Sequence record: PZ049694.1
Direction: 5' to 3' (one strand)
Length of the DNA stretch: 64,000 nucleotides
DNA from: a phage
This document shows, in pieces, positions 16,553-24,879 of this stretch; the first letter of the stretch is position 1, and every line of letters begins with the position of its first letter. A program made the position numbers and the translations under genes. A model generated the notes under the pieces. The model made no database searches and was not told where the DNA came from. It saw nothing but the letters and a program-made list of their open reading frames with translations.

Positions 16553-17088
16553 TGCATTCCAATCACAAAAAATTGAGGACGAGCAGTACCGCCTATGCAA
16601 TATTTGCTTTTGCAGCAGTGCTGTACTGATTTAATATGGACATTGTAAATCTTATCCATATCAGGAGCTTTAATAGGCTCGTCAATTATGTATAGAATAC
16701 GAGAAAGCGTTAATCCACGGAATTTAGAACCTTCATTGCCAATAAAACTACGGACAGAATCAGTAAATAAACGGAATCGAATATCATCGCTAGAATAACG
16801 AGAAAATTCTTTTTTAATATTGCCAACAGAAATTTTAGCATAAGCTGAAGTATTAGAAAGAACAATAACTGTTCCACCGTCGTACAGCCAATTAACAGCA
16901 AAATTAGTTACTGCAGTCGATTTACCTGATTGTCTGCCGCCGTCTAAACGAAGTGTACAGTACTGCTTGAGTACGTCTTCAAATGGCGGGATATAACCAT
17001 TCTTACAAATTTCTTCTACTCTAGCATCAGAATGGTGTGTAAAAGCATTCATCAGGGATAGATAAGGCCCAGTTAAAAATGTTCTCAT
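16549..17088 (-). CDS. small P-loop NTPase, 179 aa (start trimmed to ATG MRTF)
   Basis: Walker A GGRQSGKST, Walker B-like LYIIDEP; track ORF begins at GTG inside a non-coding spacer. Confidence 0.55.
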   Translation of the reverse strand: MRTFLTGPYLSLMNAFTHHSDARVEEICKNGYIPPFEDVLKQYCTLRLDGGRQSGKSTAVTNFAVNWLYDGGTVIVLSNTSAYAKISVGNIKKEFSRYSSDDIRFRLFTDSVRSFIGNEGSKFRGLTLSRILYIIDEPIKAPDMDKIYNVHIKSVQHCCKSKYCIGGTARPQFFVIGMQ

Positions 17089-17260
17089 TTTATTCTCTCT
17101 AGGTTGGGGCCATTCCGTGGCACATGTTAGGTCCTTCGACTCGCTATGTAAACCCATTACCGCACTTGGGCTCGACCTTATTACAGGTTGGAAAAGGTAC
17201 ATCACTCAGAGGACTCGACGTTCATAAGGAGAGGTTGCGTTTCCCTTTATTAGGCAAGAA

Positions 17261-17590
17261 TTATACTCTAGGCTTTTGAGCTTGTTTGGTATTGGATTCC
17301 CATGCGGCTTTGGTAATTTTGTTAGCGGCATAACCAAAGGCACTAGATAGAACACCTTTAGAGTTGAATACATCCAATCCAATAAGTACACTTGCTGTGT
17401 TAAATTTAGGAGCAAAGTACGCATTAGTTTTAGAAAGAGCTTTTTTCAATTCAGGGTCTTGAACCAAGCCATCAAAAACGCCTTTACCATTTACTTTATA
17501 TGTTACTTTGGGATTTTTAGCTTCTTCGATAGCAGCTTTCTGTTCCGCAGATAATGTAACTTCAGTAATAAATTCTTGATATGTTTTCAT
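17261..17590 (-). CDS. internal-protein-like (ipII/ipIII family) with capsid-targeting leader
   Basis: N-terminus MKTYQEFITE, a T4-type 10-aa capsid targeting sequence ending in the gp21 protease site I-x-E. Confidence 0.6.
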   Translation of the reverse strand: MKTYQEFITEVTLSAEQKAAIEEAKNPKVTYKVNGKGVFDGLVQDPELKKALSKTNAYFAPKFNTASVLIGLDVFNSKGVLSSAFGYAANKITKAAWESNTKQAQKPRV

Positions 17591-17681
17591 TTTTGTTTCC
17601 TTGTTTGTTTTGATAGAGTAATTATACCATATTAATACTTAAGCGTAAACTGTTTAAGCTTTACCATCGCAACCTTTTTCC

Positions 17682-18095
17682 TTAGTAAATTGATTTACCA
17701 TAGTATTTGTACCAAGTAGGACGTTGAGCAATTTTTTCATCTAAACGAGCTTGACTTATCGCAATGGACGCTTCGGTCGGGACATAATTATTACGAAATT
17801 CGGCAGGGATGTCGGAAATATCTTGGACAGTCGTGTCCTTGATTTTGAAACCACGTTTCAAGCATTCAGCGATTAGCTCGATTTGACGTAAACGTAAAAA
17901 TTCGAGTTTGTCGTAAAAGAATGTTACGTGACCTGTGCCTAAGATAAATGCTGGAGAGATTTTAAAATCCTTTACACGTTTACCGTTTTGAACATGTTTA
18001 CGGACTGCACCAAATACGCGTGGTAATTCACGATACTCAGCCATAAGATGTTGGTCGGTCAGTTCAGAAACAAGTGTTAAATTGATACGAGTCAT
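17682..18095 (-). CDS. denV: endonuclease V (pyrimidine-dimer DNA glycosylase)
   Basis: [77 protein letters not shown] matches recalled T4 DenV; start trimmed to ATG. Confidence 0.92.
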   Translation of the reverse strand: MTRINLTLVSELTDQHLMAEYRELPRVFGAVRKHVQNGKRVKDFKISPAFILGTGHVTFFYDKLEFLRLRQIELIAECLKRGFKIKDTTVQDISDIPAEFRNNYVPTEASIAISQARLDEKIAQRPTWYKYYGKSIY

Positions 18096-18100
18096 AATTT

Positions 18101-18153
18101 CCTCCAAGTAGTTGATGAATGTATAGTATCAAAGTCCTTGGAGGAAGTAAACA
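18101..18153 (-). promoter_or_regulatory. PeSL-like early promoter whose hairpin pairs the denV Shine-Dalgarno
   Basis: GTTTAC, 18 nt, TACTAT; arms cctccaag / cttggagg; the arm downstream of the -10 contains the denV GGAGG. Confidence 0.5.
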
Positions 18154-18354
18154 CTATTTTTCTGAAGCGCCTGAAATATATTTTTCAAGACGTTGTTTCA
18201 TCAGCGAACCGTTCTTGGCGATTTCTTCCGGTTTATCGCACATACGCAACAAGGCTTCAAGCTTAACGATATCACTGGTGCGTTCAAATTTGCGAGTATC
18301 TATCTTACTAGCAAGTTCAGAAATACGTGCTAATAGACTTTCGGCTTCAACCAA
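18154..18354 (-). CDS. doubtful small ORF, 66 aa, TTG start
   Basis: open frame between e and denV with no in-frame ATG near its start. Confidence 0.25.
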   Translation of the reverse strand: MVEAESLLARISELASKIDTRKFERTSDIVKLEALLRMCDKPEEIAKNGSLMKQRLEKYISGASEK

Positions 18355-18431
18355 AGCTGCACCTAGCTTAGTTGCAAATGTGTCAGTAGCTTAGTTAAGA
18401 ATAGATTCTGATAAAAATTCACTATATGTTT

Positions 18432-18920
18432 TCATATATACGCTTTCCAAGTTCCTGTTTTAAATGTTGAGATTACGCGTTTAGCGCGATTAGGTGTCTG
18501 ACGATACCATTTAGATTGAGCTAGATTTACTGCCGCTTCATCCCAACGTTTCTGTTGAAGCATACGAAGAGAATTAGTAAAACCAGCGACGCCTGCTACG
18601 CCCATTTGGAAGACCATATTGACCAATGCACATCTACGAACCGCATCTAAAGAATCATATACCGGTTTAAGTTTAGCATTACCCAAGATTCCGCGAACGG
18701 CTTTATCAACGTCTTCATTAAATAGCTTTTCAGCCTCATCAAGGGTAATTGTACCGTTGCATTTACGTCCGATCATTCTGTCAAGTTCAGCTTTAGCTAC
18801 GGCTAAAGACGGGTTCTTTGTTACTAAATGACCTATGCCAATCGTCCAAAAGCCTTCAGTGTCTTTGTATAAAGTCAGTCTAAGACCTTCGTCATTACGA
18901 AGCATTTCAAATATATTCAT
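18432..18920 (-). CDS. e: endolysin (T4 lysozyme e)
   Basis: [27 protein letters not shown] with catalytic E11/D20/T26 positions conserved; matches recalled T4 e; GGGAGG Shine-Dalgarno can pair with an upstream CCTCC arm. Confidence 0.92.
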   Translation of the reverse strand: MNIFEMLRNDEGLRLTLYKDTEGFWTIGIGHLVTKNPSLAVAKAELDRMIGRKCNGTITLDEAEKLFNEDVDKAVRGILGNAKLKPVYDSLDAVRRCALVNMVFQMGVAGVAGFTNSLRMLQQKRWDEAAVNLAQSKWYRQTPNRAKRVISTFKTGTWKAYI

Positions 18921-18954
18921 AATACCTCCCACGTTTATAGGAGGTATTTATTAC

Positions 18955-19413
18955 TTATAGGAGGGTAGTGAGCACCTTATATAATGATTTGCCCATTACA
19001 TATTCCCATTGAGAAGGTTTAATTAAAGCGAATGCATCAAATTCAGGAATCTGACGTCCGTCTGGGAATGTATGATAGGAATTACAAACACTGTTTCTGA
19101 ATTGCTCGTGCTCTACAGGGATGGTATATAGGAACAGATGAATATTCTTATTGTCTGAGTAATGATGTTCACCTAGGTCTTTCAGGAAGGCAGGGTCATA
19201 TTGTGTAAACCCAGTTTCTTCTTCGCATTCACGAATAGCGGCTTCAATAGGAGATTCGCCAGGCTCGACACGTCCTTTAGGAATATCCCACCGATGAGCT
19301 AAAGAACCTTTAGGACGAGAACCAGTTACACGCCCCATGAATAATTCTTTATCTTCGGTAAGGAAAATAATACCGGCTGATAGTTCTTTCACTTTATTTT
19401 TCTTACTCATCAT
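18955..19413 (-). CDS. nudE: Nudix hydrolase
   Basis: Nudix box GRVEPGESPIEAAIRECEEETGF; immediately upstream of e as in T4. Confidence 0.8.
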   Translation of the reverse strand: MMSKKNKVKELSAGIIFLTEDKELFMGRVTGSRPKGSLAHRWDIPKGRVEPGESPIEAAIRECEEETGFTQYDPAFLKDLGEHHYSDNKNIHLFLYTIPVEHEQFRNSVCNSYHTFPDGRQIPEFDAFALIKPSQWEYVMGKSLYKVLTTLL

Positions 19414-19654
19414 CTCGGTCCCATGATTTGACCATTAATTCGGACATAAATTCTTCAATGCGCGTTTCTTTAGATGGACTTTCACTATTAGAGACCGCAA
19501 GTTTGTAATCTGCAATAGGACAGAACATATCAAGGTCCATATTAAGGTCGTCTTTGATTTTTTCTTCTGACACATCTTTATCGTATGTATACAGATAACT
19601 ATCACACGATTCTGATTTAATGTAAATTGCTATACTCATCTCAAATTCCTGCAT
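19403..19654 (-). CDS. hypothetical acidic protein, 83 aa
   Basis: ORF overlapping both neighbours by a few codons. Confidence 0.45.
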   Translation of the reverse strand: MQEFEMSIAIYIKSESCDSYLYTYDKDVSEEKIKDDLNMDLDMFCPIADYKLAVSNSESPSKETRIEEFMSELMVKSWDRDDE

Positions 19655-20127
19655 TCGGTAATAAAACGTTCAACTTCATTATTCTTGGCTTTTATCTTGT
19701 CTTTATGTTCTTGTAAACTACTTTTAATAAGATTAATAATGATGCCTACAGTACCTCCACCAATTATACCGCCAATTATACTTACGATAGTAGATGCTAA
19801 TAAGATAGCGATAATATCTAGTACAGCAAAGGCACTTACTTTAGTACTAAAAAACCATACCGACGGTACAAATATAATCCATCCTGTTATCCATTGGCAC
19901 TTATTGAAAAACTTTTCAAGCTCAGCTTGAGTTGTTCGTATTACTTCATCGATAGGTTGATATCCATTAATGTATCTATTCACGATAATACCTGCTGGCT
20001 GGTCGATTTTAAATTCTTGGCAAATACGTTTCACTAAGTAGGATGGACATCCTGTCCAATCTACTGAATAGTATGAAATACCTTCGTTGCCATCGTCTAT
20101 ATTAGACCAATATGTTTTGTTAATCAT
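19636..20127 (-). CDS. membrane protein with C-terminal ERFITECR tail motif, 163 aa
   Basis: soluble N-domain, two hydrophobic helices, C-terminus ...NNEVERFITECRNLR; ATGA-coupled to upstream gene. Confidence 0.6.
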   Translation of the reverse strand: MINKTYWSNIDDGNEGISYYSVDWTGCPSYLVKRICQEFKIDQPAGIIVNRYINGYQPIDEVIRTTQAELEKFFNKCQWITGWIIFVPSVWFFSTKVSAFAVLDIIAILLASTIVSIIGGIIGGGTVGIIINLIKSSLQEHKDKIKAKNNEVERFITECRNLR

Positions 20128-20813
20128 TACCAGCCTTCCATAGGGAATTCCAGATAAACTTGAGCGTTGACACGAATTTCATTGGTAATCTTTTTAACTC
20201 GGTCTGTATTACGAGATACACGTCCGAACCAACGCCATCCATTACTAATTGCACGAGAACCAGTGTGCCATGTTTGCCAATCAAACTGAAGAAGAGTACG
20301 GTCCGGAGCTTCCCATTTCTCTAGTTCGCCTTTTTCGATTTTTTCGAGGACTTCTTTGTGCCACTGGCGATAGATAAGTTCGCCATCAGGAATCTGACTG
20401 AACTCCGCAGTTCCTGTTGCAAAATGAGTAGGACACACATCAGCATTAACAAGACCAAGAATATGTTCAGAATGGTAACGAGGGTTGTCATAATCAGGTT
20501 GTCCTGCAGTAATAAAATGTTGTCCTGTTGGAATATCTGGGCGTGGTACGTCATCATGGTGATATCCAGGAATAGCAGGATACCAACCAGGCATCAGCAT
20601 GTGGACTCGTGAATCAAATACTACATCCGAGACTTTCCAATCATCAGGAAGATTTTGGATAAAGCTACGAGTAATCGGGCCGCCATTATCAAAAGCAAAA
20701 TTCAAATCGCAGTTAAAGAACATAGGCTCGTTTTTAATCTGGTCGTTTTTAATCGCATGAGCAAAACCACCTACTGCACGAGCTTGACTATTAAACACTT
20801 TAGAACTATTCAT
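20127..20813 (-). CDS. possible 2OG-Fe(II) oxygenase-fold protein, 228 aa
   Basis: HxD candidate (GYHHDD) then distal His (WHTGSR) and RxS (GRVSR) at plausible spacing; assignment tentative. Confidence 0.35.
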   Translation of the reverse strand: MNSSKVFNSQARAVGGFAHAIKNDQIKNEPMFFNCDLNFAFDNGGPITRSFIQNLPDDWKVSDVVFDSRVHMLMPGWYPAIPGYHHDDVPRPDIPTGQHFITAGQPDYDNPRYHSEHILGLVNADVCPTHFATGTAEFSQIPDGELIYRQWHKEVLEKIEKGELEKWEAPDRTLLQFDWQTWHTGSRAISNGWRWFGRVSRNTDRVKKITNEIRVNAQVYLEFPMEGW

Positions 20814-20814
20814 A

Positions 20815-21120
20815 TTATTTTCCTCGACATTCTTTAATGAAATTTTCTAGATTGGTAGATTCAATAGCTTTTTTACGAGCTTCTGCGTGTTCTTCTTCGG
20901 ACAATTTACGTTTATAATTGACCCAGACATTATGGTCGAAACCAGTCGTGGCATATAATAACAATGCTCCAACGAATAGCAAAAACGGCGATAAGAATAC
21001 AAAACCAGGAACACCATCCATATCGTAAGCCTTTTGTAATACTGCAACAGAAAGAGCTACGTAAAAAGGTGATGCAAGTATTGTTAAAAGACCAATTCGG
21101 TTGGTTTCTGTTAATTTCAT
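20815..21120 (-). CDS. membrane protein with C-terminal ENFIKECR tail motif, 101 aa
   Basis: two hydrophobic helices; C-terminus ...NLENFIKECRGK. Confidence 0.6.
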   Translation of the reverse strand: MKLTETNRIGLLTILASPFYVALSVAVLQKAYDMDGVPGFVFLSPFLLFVGALLLYATTGFDHNVWVNYKRKLSEEEHAEARKKAIESTNLENFIKECRGK

Positions 21121-21176
21121 AATATTCTCCTCAAGTTGATAGGACTACTATAACATAGCCCTATCAGTTTGTACAC

Positions 21177-21395
21177 TTATTTTGACATTTCTTCGATGTC
21201 ACGACGATACCCATCACGAACTTCACGAAGAGCTTCAAGGCCACACATAGGCTCGATACCAGTAATGTGAACTTGATTAATCTGATACTCTACATCTTCT
21301 AACTGAGCGAAAACATAACGACGTTCTGCTGCACAACCAGGTTTAGCTTTACCGAAACGTTTATTCAAAGTAGTCATTTTTATATCTCCATTCAC
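21177..21395 (-). CDS. hypothetical protein, 72 aa
   Basis: ORF flanked by PeSL-like cassettes. Confidence 0.45.
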   Translation of the reverse strand: MNGDIKMTTLNKRFGKAKPGCAAERRYVFAQLEDVEYQINQVHITGIEPMCGLEALREVRDGYRRDIEEMSK

Positions 21396-21457
21396 TCATT
21401 TGTTTTGATAGGTCTATAGTATCAACAACTACAGACCTTGTAAACTGTTTTGTGAAA

Positions 21458-22414
21458 TTATTTGAAAGGTTTTACCATATGGAAATTTTGTTTGAAACGT
21501 TTTACGTAATCGTCGTGTCCTAAGCTTTGGTACATACTTACTACTTTGCTATAATTTTCCCAAGCGAACTCACGGAACCATCCTGATGTGATTGATGTAC
21601 AGACCTTTTCCAATGCCATCATGAAACTGGCTTCAGGGTTAATTTTAAAGTCATTAGGAATCTGAGAACGTTCTAACGCTAGTACACATGATTCTTCATA
21701 TACACCGGCCAATTTGACAATTTCTGGTAACGATTCGAACTTCTCGCGTGAGGTCATGACTTCAGAACCGTCTTTCATATAAAATGTATAAGCCGGACGG
21801 TCTGTTAGTGCAATGGCTTCATGAATAGTATCATGGTCATACGTATAGATGTCATCTTTAAAGAACGCACTTTTAGAAGTGTCAAGAACTGGGTGAGCAT
21901 AGTTCAAGGTTTCTTTCTGGCGTTTCAGCATAATTTCAGTAAGTTCATCGTTCAGTGTAACACCTTTACCACGAAGATACTGAATATGGTTCATAGTCTT
22001 TAAAAAGAATGGATTATTTTTCTTGAAACGATGAGACATCTTAATTGCAAGACATATCTCAGGAGTTGCCCAGTAAAACCCGTTCAAACGGTCTTTAGTC
22101 AAATTTTTCTTGGCGTATTTTAAAAGGTCATAAGAAGACGTGAAATCTTCAGGAGTGAGTTCACCTACTAATTCACGGACATTAGTGATTGCCGGAACAA
22201 TATATGCTTCAAAATGAGTTTCGCGTCCATTATGGAAGCATTTGAAAACTTGGACATCAGGGTTATCTTGGTGAACATATACACCCATCATTTGATTTTT
22301 GAATGCGTTCCAAGAACCTTGGTCCGCAATAAAGTCCCAATCGCTATTTTTGATAGCGCTAGAATCAATAAGACCGTGATAGTGAAGTGCACGAGAACCA
22401 ATAACTAACATCAT
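21458..22414 (-). CDS. hypothetical protein, possible divergent nucleotidyltransferase fold, 318 aa
   Basis: N-terminus MMLVIGSRALHYHG...SDWDF loosely parallels GS...SDVDF of ORF 8644..9657; GAGGA Shine-Dalgarno. Confidence 0.45.
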   Translation of the reverse strand: MMLVIGSRALHYHGLIDSSAIKNSDWDFIADQGSWNAFKNQMMGVYVHQDNPDVQVFKCFHNGRETHFEAYIVPAITNVRELVGELTPEDFTSSYDLLKYAKKNLTKDRLNGFYWATPEICLAIKMSHRFKKNNPFFLKTMNHIQYLRGKGVTLNDELTEIMLKRQKETLNYAHPVLDTSKSAFFKDDIYTYDHDTIHEAIALTDRPAYTFYMKDGSEVMTSREKFESLPEIVKLAGVYEESCVLALERSQIPNDFKINPEASFMMALEKVCTSITSGWFREFAWENYSKVVSMYQSLGHDDYVKRFKQNFHMVKPFK

Positions 22415-22438
22415 AATATTTTCCTCGGATTAATTAAC

Positions 22439-22690
22439 TTAAATTTCACGACATGCGATATTATATTCATCCCAGAGGTCATCGTGTGAAGCCTCTACCA
22501 ATGGAACGATTGTACCATTTATGTCTTCATTATAAGGGCAAATTGTACAGTGCGCATCTTCGAATCGGATACCTTTGTGTTCAGATTTTTTATAACGCAT
22601 ATCGAATATCTTTGCAAATTTTTCACGAGTAATGGTTTTACCAACCACTTTGGTTCCGATACTTTCGTAATAAATCATTGTGGACTCCAT
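22439..22690 (-). CDS. hypothetical Cys-containing protein, 83 aa
   Basis: ORF preceded by a PeSL-like cassette. Confidence 0.5.
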   Translation of the reverse strand: MESTMIYYESIGTKVVGKTITREKFAKIFDMRYKKSEHKGIRFEDAHCTICPYNEDINGTIVPLVEASHDDLWDEYNIACREI

Positions 22691-22740
22691 TTAATTTGAT
22701 AGGACTACTATAACATAGCCCTATCTTGTTGTAAACTGTT

Positions 22741-22938
22741 TTAGCAAGAATAACTAGACGATACCCAGCCTTGAACAGTGATACTATTGTGGGATAATGA
22801 GATCGCGTCCTGGAGATTCAGACCTGCGTTATCTTCAATCCATAACGTAACTTCTTCGCGTTCTTCTGTTGCAATTTGGAACAGGTTTTCCAGAGCAGCT
22901 ACTGCCGTACGTACAGCACAATCTAATTCACGAGACAT
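22741..22938 (-). CDS. small protein, paralog 3 of tandem family ending ...GWVSSSYSC
   Basis: 65 aa; shares N-terminal MS(K/R) and invariant C-terminal GW[VI][SA]SSxxC with 22948..23220 and 23230..23535. Confidence 0.55.
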   Translation of the reverse strand: MSRELDCAVRTAVAALENLFQIATEEREEVTLWIEDNAGLNLQDAISLSHNSITVQGWVSSSYSC

Positions 22939-22947
22939 ATGGTTTCC

Positions 22948-23220
22948 TTAGCAAGTGTGAGAAGATGCGATCCAACCACCAGTTTCGAGGCTTAGGTTGT
23001 AGTCGTATTGGTAAACGTCGGCCCATTCAGCATAGCCGTTTTTTGTACAACGTTCAAGGTCGGCTTTAAGCTGTCCGGGTGAATGATATGTTCCACCCAT
23101 ACCATAAGCTGGATACAAGTCGAATGTTGTGTTTTGTTTATCAGCAATTTCTTTGGCAGCCTCAATAGCTGCATAGATTTTTGCTACAGCTTCGGCCAGT
23201 TCGGTTTGTTCTTTAGACAT
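22948..23220 (-). CDS. small protein, paralog 2 of tandem family ending ...GWIASSHTC
   Basis: 90 aa; tandem with 9-nt spacers; AGGA Shine-Dalgarno. Confidence 0.55.
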   Translation of the reverse strand: MSKEQTELAEAVAKIYAAIEAAKEIADKQNTTFDLYPAYGMGGTYHSPGQLKADLERCTKNGYAEWADVYQYDYNLSLETGGWIASSHTC

Positions 23221-23229
23221 AATGATTCC

Positions 23230-23535
23230 TTAGCACATCGCAGAAGACGAAACCCAAGCACCTTCAGTAATAACGTAACCATTACCTTCACGCTTAACAT
23301 CGCCACCATTATTTTCAATTTCATCTTTCATCCACTGGGATACGATTTCACCCTTAGGATAATAAGTACGACCGCTACCATAATCACCTACAGAAAATGA
23401 TACGGCATATTGGTCCGCGATCTTTGTTGCTTCTTCTTCGATACGTTCAGCTTGATTCAGAAGTTTATAAATTGCATCTGAAGCGGATTTGGCATCATTA
23501 AACTCTGGTACTTTAATTTCAATAATCTTACTCAT
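23230..23535 (-). CDS. small protein, paralog 1 of tandem family ending ...AWVSSSAMC
   Basis: 101 aa; ATGA-coupled to upstream membrane-protein gene. Confidence 0.55.
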   Translation of the reverse strand: MSKIIEIKVPEFNDAKSASDAIYKLLNQAERIEEEATKIADQYAVSFSVGDYGSGRTYYPKGEIVSQWMKDEIENNGGDVKREGNGYVITEGAWVSSSAMC

Positions 23536-23891
23536 TTTCTACATTCCTTAATAAAGTTTTCGATTGTTTCATTTTCACGTCTAGCTAGGAGTTCATTATA
23601 ACTAATCATTTGAGAAGCGTAAACCTTTTTATTTTTCTTGTTATGGTTTATAAAATCGTAGTAAAAATAGACTACAGTACAAAATGATGCGATGGATGCA
23701 AAGGCTTGGGTATACCGTAAGTCCCGCCATTGGTCTATGAATCCGCCAGTGTTACCTATAAATCCTAATACAACTCCGTCAATAAGAAATCCAACTAATC
23801 CAAAGGCAAATCCCATGCCAATACTCATAATAAAAATTAGAATGTTCTCACCAAGAGAAGGCCATACGGTTAAGAGTTGAGGCTTTTGCAT
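23532..23891 (-). CDS. membrane protein with C-terminal ENFIKECR tail motif, 119 aa
   Basis: hydrophobic helices then ...ETIENFIKECRK. Confidence 0.55.
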   Translation of the reverse strand: MQKPQLLTVWPSLGENILIFIMSIGMGFAFGLVGFLIDGVVLGFIGNTGGFIDQWRDLRYTQAFASIASFCTVVYFYYDFINHNKKNKKVYASQMISYNELLARRENETIENFIKECRK

Positions 23892-24295
23892 CTTATTTCC
23901 TTAACGAATTCCATAGCTTCTTCATATTCATACTTTTTAACAGCTTCATCATACTGAGCTTGGGCTTTTGCGCACTGAACTTTCCACTCACGAACTCGGG
24001 CTCTGTGATGACGGCCTTGGTACCAATATCCCACCCAGTTAATAGGCATTAATAAAAATGGTACAATAAACGACCCGGCTATAATAAGTAAAAACACTGC
24101 ATCAGACGATATAACTTTATTGGAATCTAAAATAGCTCCTATAATCATAAAGATTAAAAATGCTAAAGCTAAAATAGGACCAAACAACACTTCATTAGGA
24201 ATTAATTTACGTTTGTATTCGTATGCCCAGGGCTTAATTGGCATGTACAGGGTTGGCTTTGACATATTCTCTACATTCCATAATAAATTGCTCAA
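23870..24295 (-). CDS. membrane protein with related C-terminal motif (EFVKEIRCK), 141 aa
   Basis: two hydrophobic helices; start may be an internal ATG. Confidence 0.5.
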   Translation of the reverse strand: MSNLLWNVENMSKPTLYMPIKPWAYEYKRKLIPNEVLFGPILALAFLIFMIIGAILDSNKVISSDAVFLLIIAGSFIVPFLLMPINWVGYWYQGRHHRARVREWKVQCAKAQAQYDEAVKKYEYEEAMEFVKEIRCKSLNS

Positions 24296-24851
24296 GGATT
24301 AAATTGTTAGTGAAATTAGGACTAACAACCATGGTTTCATAAAGCGCATCAATAGCACTTAAAGCATCAACTCTCTTAAGCAAAGGCTTGCCTTCATACA
24401 TAGTTTCAGAATCGACGATTAAAGTGAAGTAGTATTTTTTATTATTGACCAGAACTTCTGTATCAATATAAAACATGTTAGACCTTAAAAGCTTGTCTCT
24501 AAAGCCTACGTAATCATCTGAACGTTCACTGATATATTCCCATTCAGTGTTTAAACAACAAACAGACCACGTAGGAGCAACGAAATCAGTGAATCTAATA
24601 TCATGATCTGCAACTAATTTAGCAATAGCTCCGATATCATGAATCATAATACCTGGGGCTAATAAAGATTTTCGGCGATTTGCATATTCAGTTGTCTCAT
24701 AAGAAGCTGACCAGTACCATTTACGTCCAGTTGCAACATATCGTAATGAATCAACTAAAGACGTAGGTGGATTTACCTTATTTCGGAACTCTTCGAACAT
24801 TGAGTCAATATCATTATTTTGGTTTCGCATGTTAACTCCTTTATTATCCAA
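24234..24851 (-). CDS. hypothetical soluble protein carrying the same tail motif near its C-terminus (EQFIMECREYV), 205 aa
   Basis: ORF; motif lies 10 aa from the end. Confidence 0.5.
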   Translation of the reverse strand: MDNKGVNMRNQNNDIDSMFEEFRNKVNPPTSLVDSLRYVATGRKWYWSASYETTEYANRRKSLLAPGIMIHDIGAIAKLVADHDIRFTDFVAPTWSVCCLNTEWEYISERSDDYVGFRDKLLRSNMFYIDTEVLVNNKKYYFTLIVDSETMYEGKPLLKRVDALSAIDALYETMVVSPNFTNNLILEQFIMECREYVKANPVHAN

Positions 24852-24879
24852 AAGGAGGACCGGAGTCCTCCGTATTATT

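Noticed and set aside
16549-17205. Full 218-aa version of the P-loop ORF
   Set aside because: Begins at GTG inside a GC-rich non-coding spacer; the first ATG at 17088 gives a sensible N-terminus.
18119-18394. Plus-strand 91-aa ORF between e and denV
   Set aside because: Opposite to all neighbouring genes and Ser/Leu-rich; the region more likely holds regulatory sequence, though the overlapping minus ORF is itself doubtful.
22741-23535. Calling the C-terminal-Cys triplet a RiPP precursor cluster
   Set aside because: No recognisable modifying enzyme is adjacent and the proteins (65-101 aa) may simply be small folded paralogs; reported only as a conserved-tail observation.
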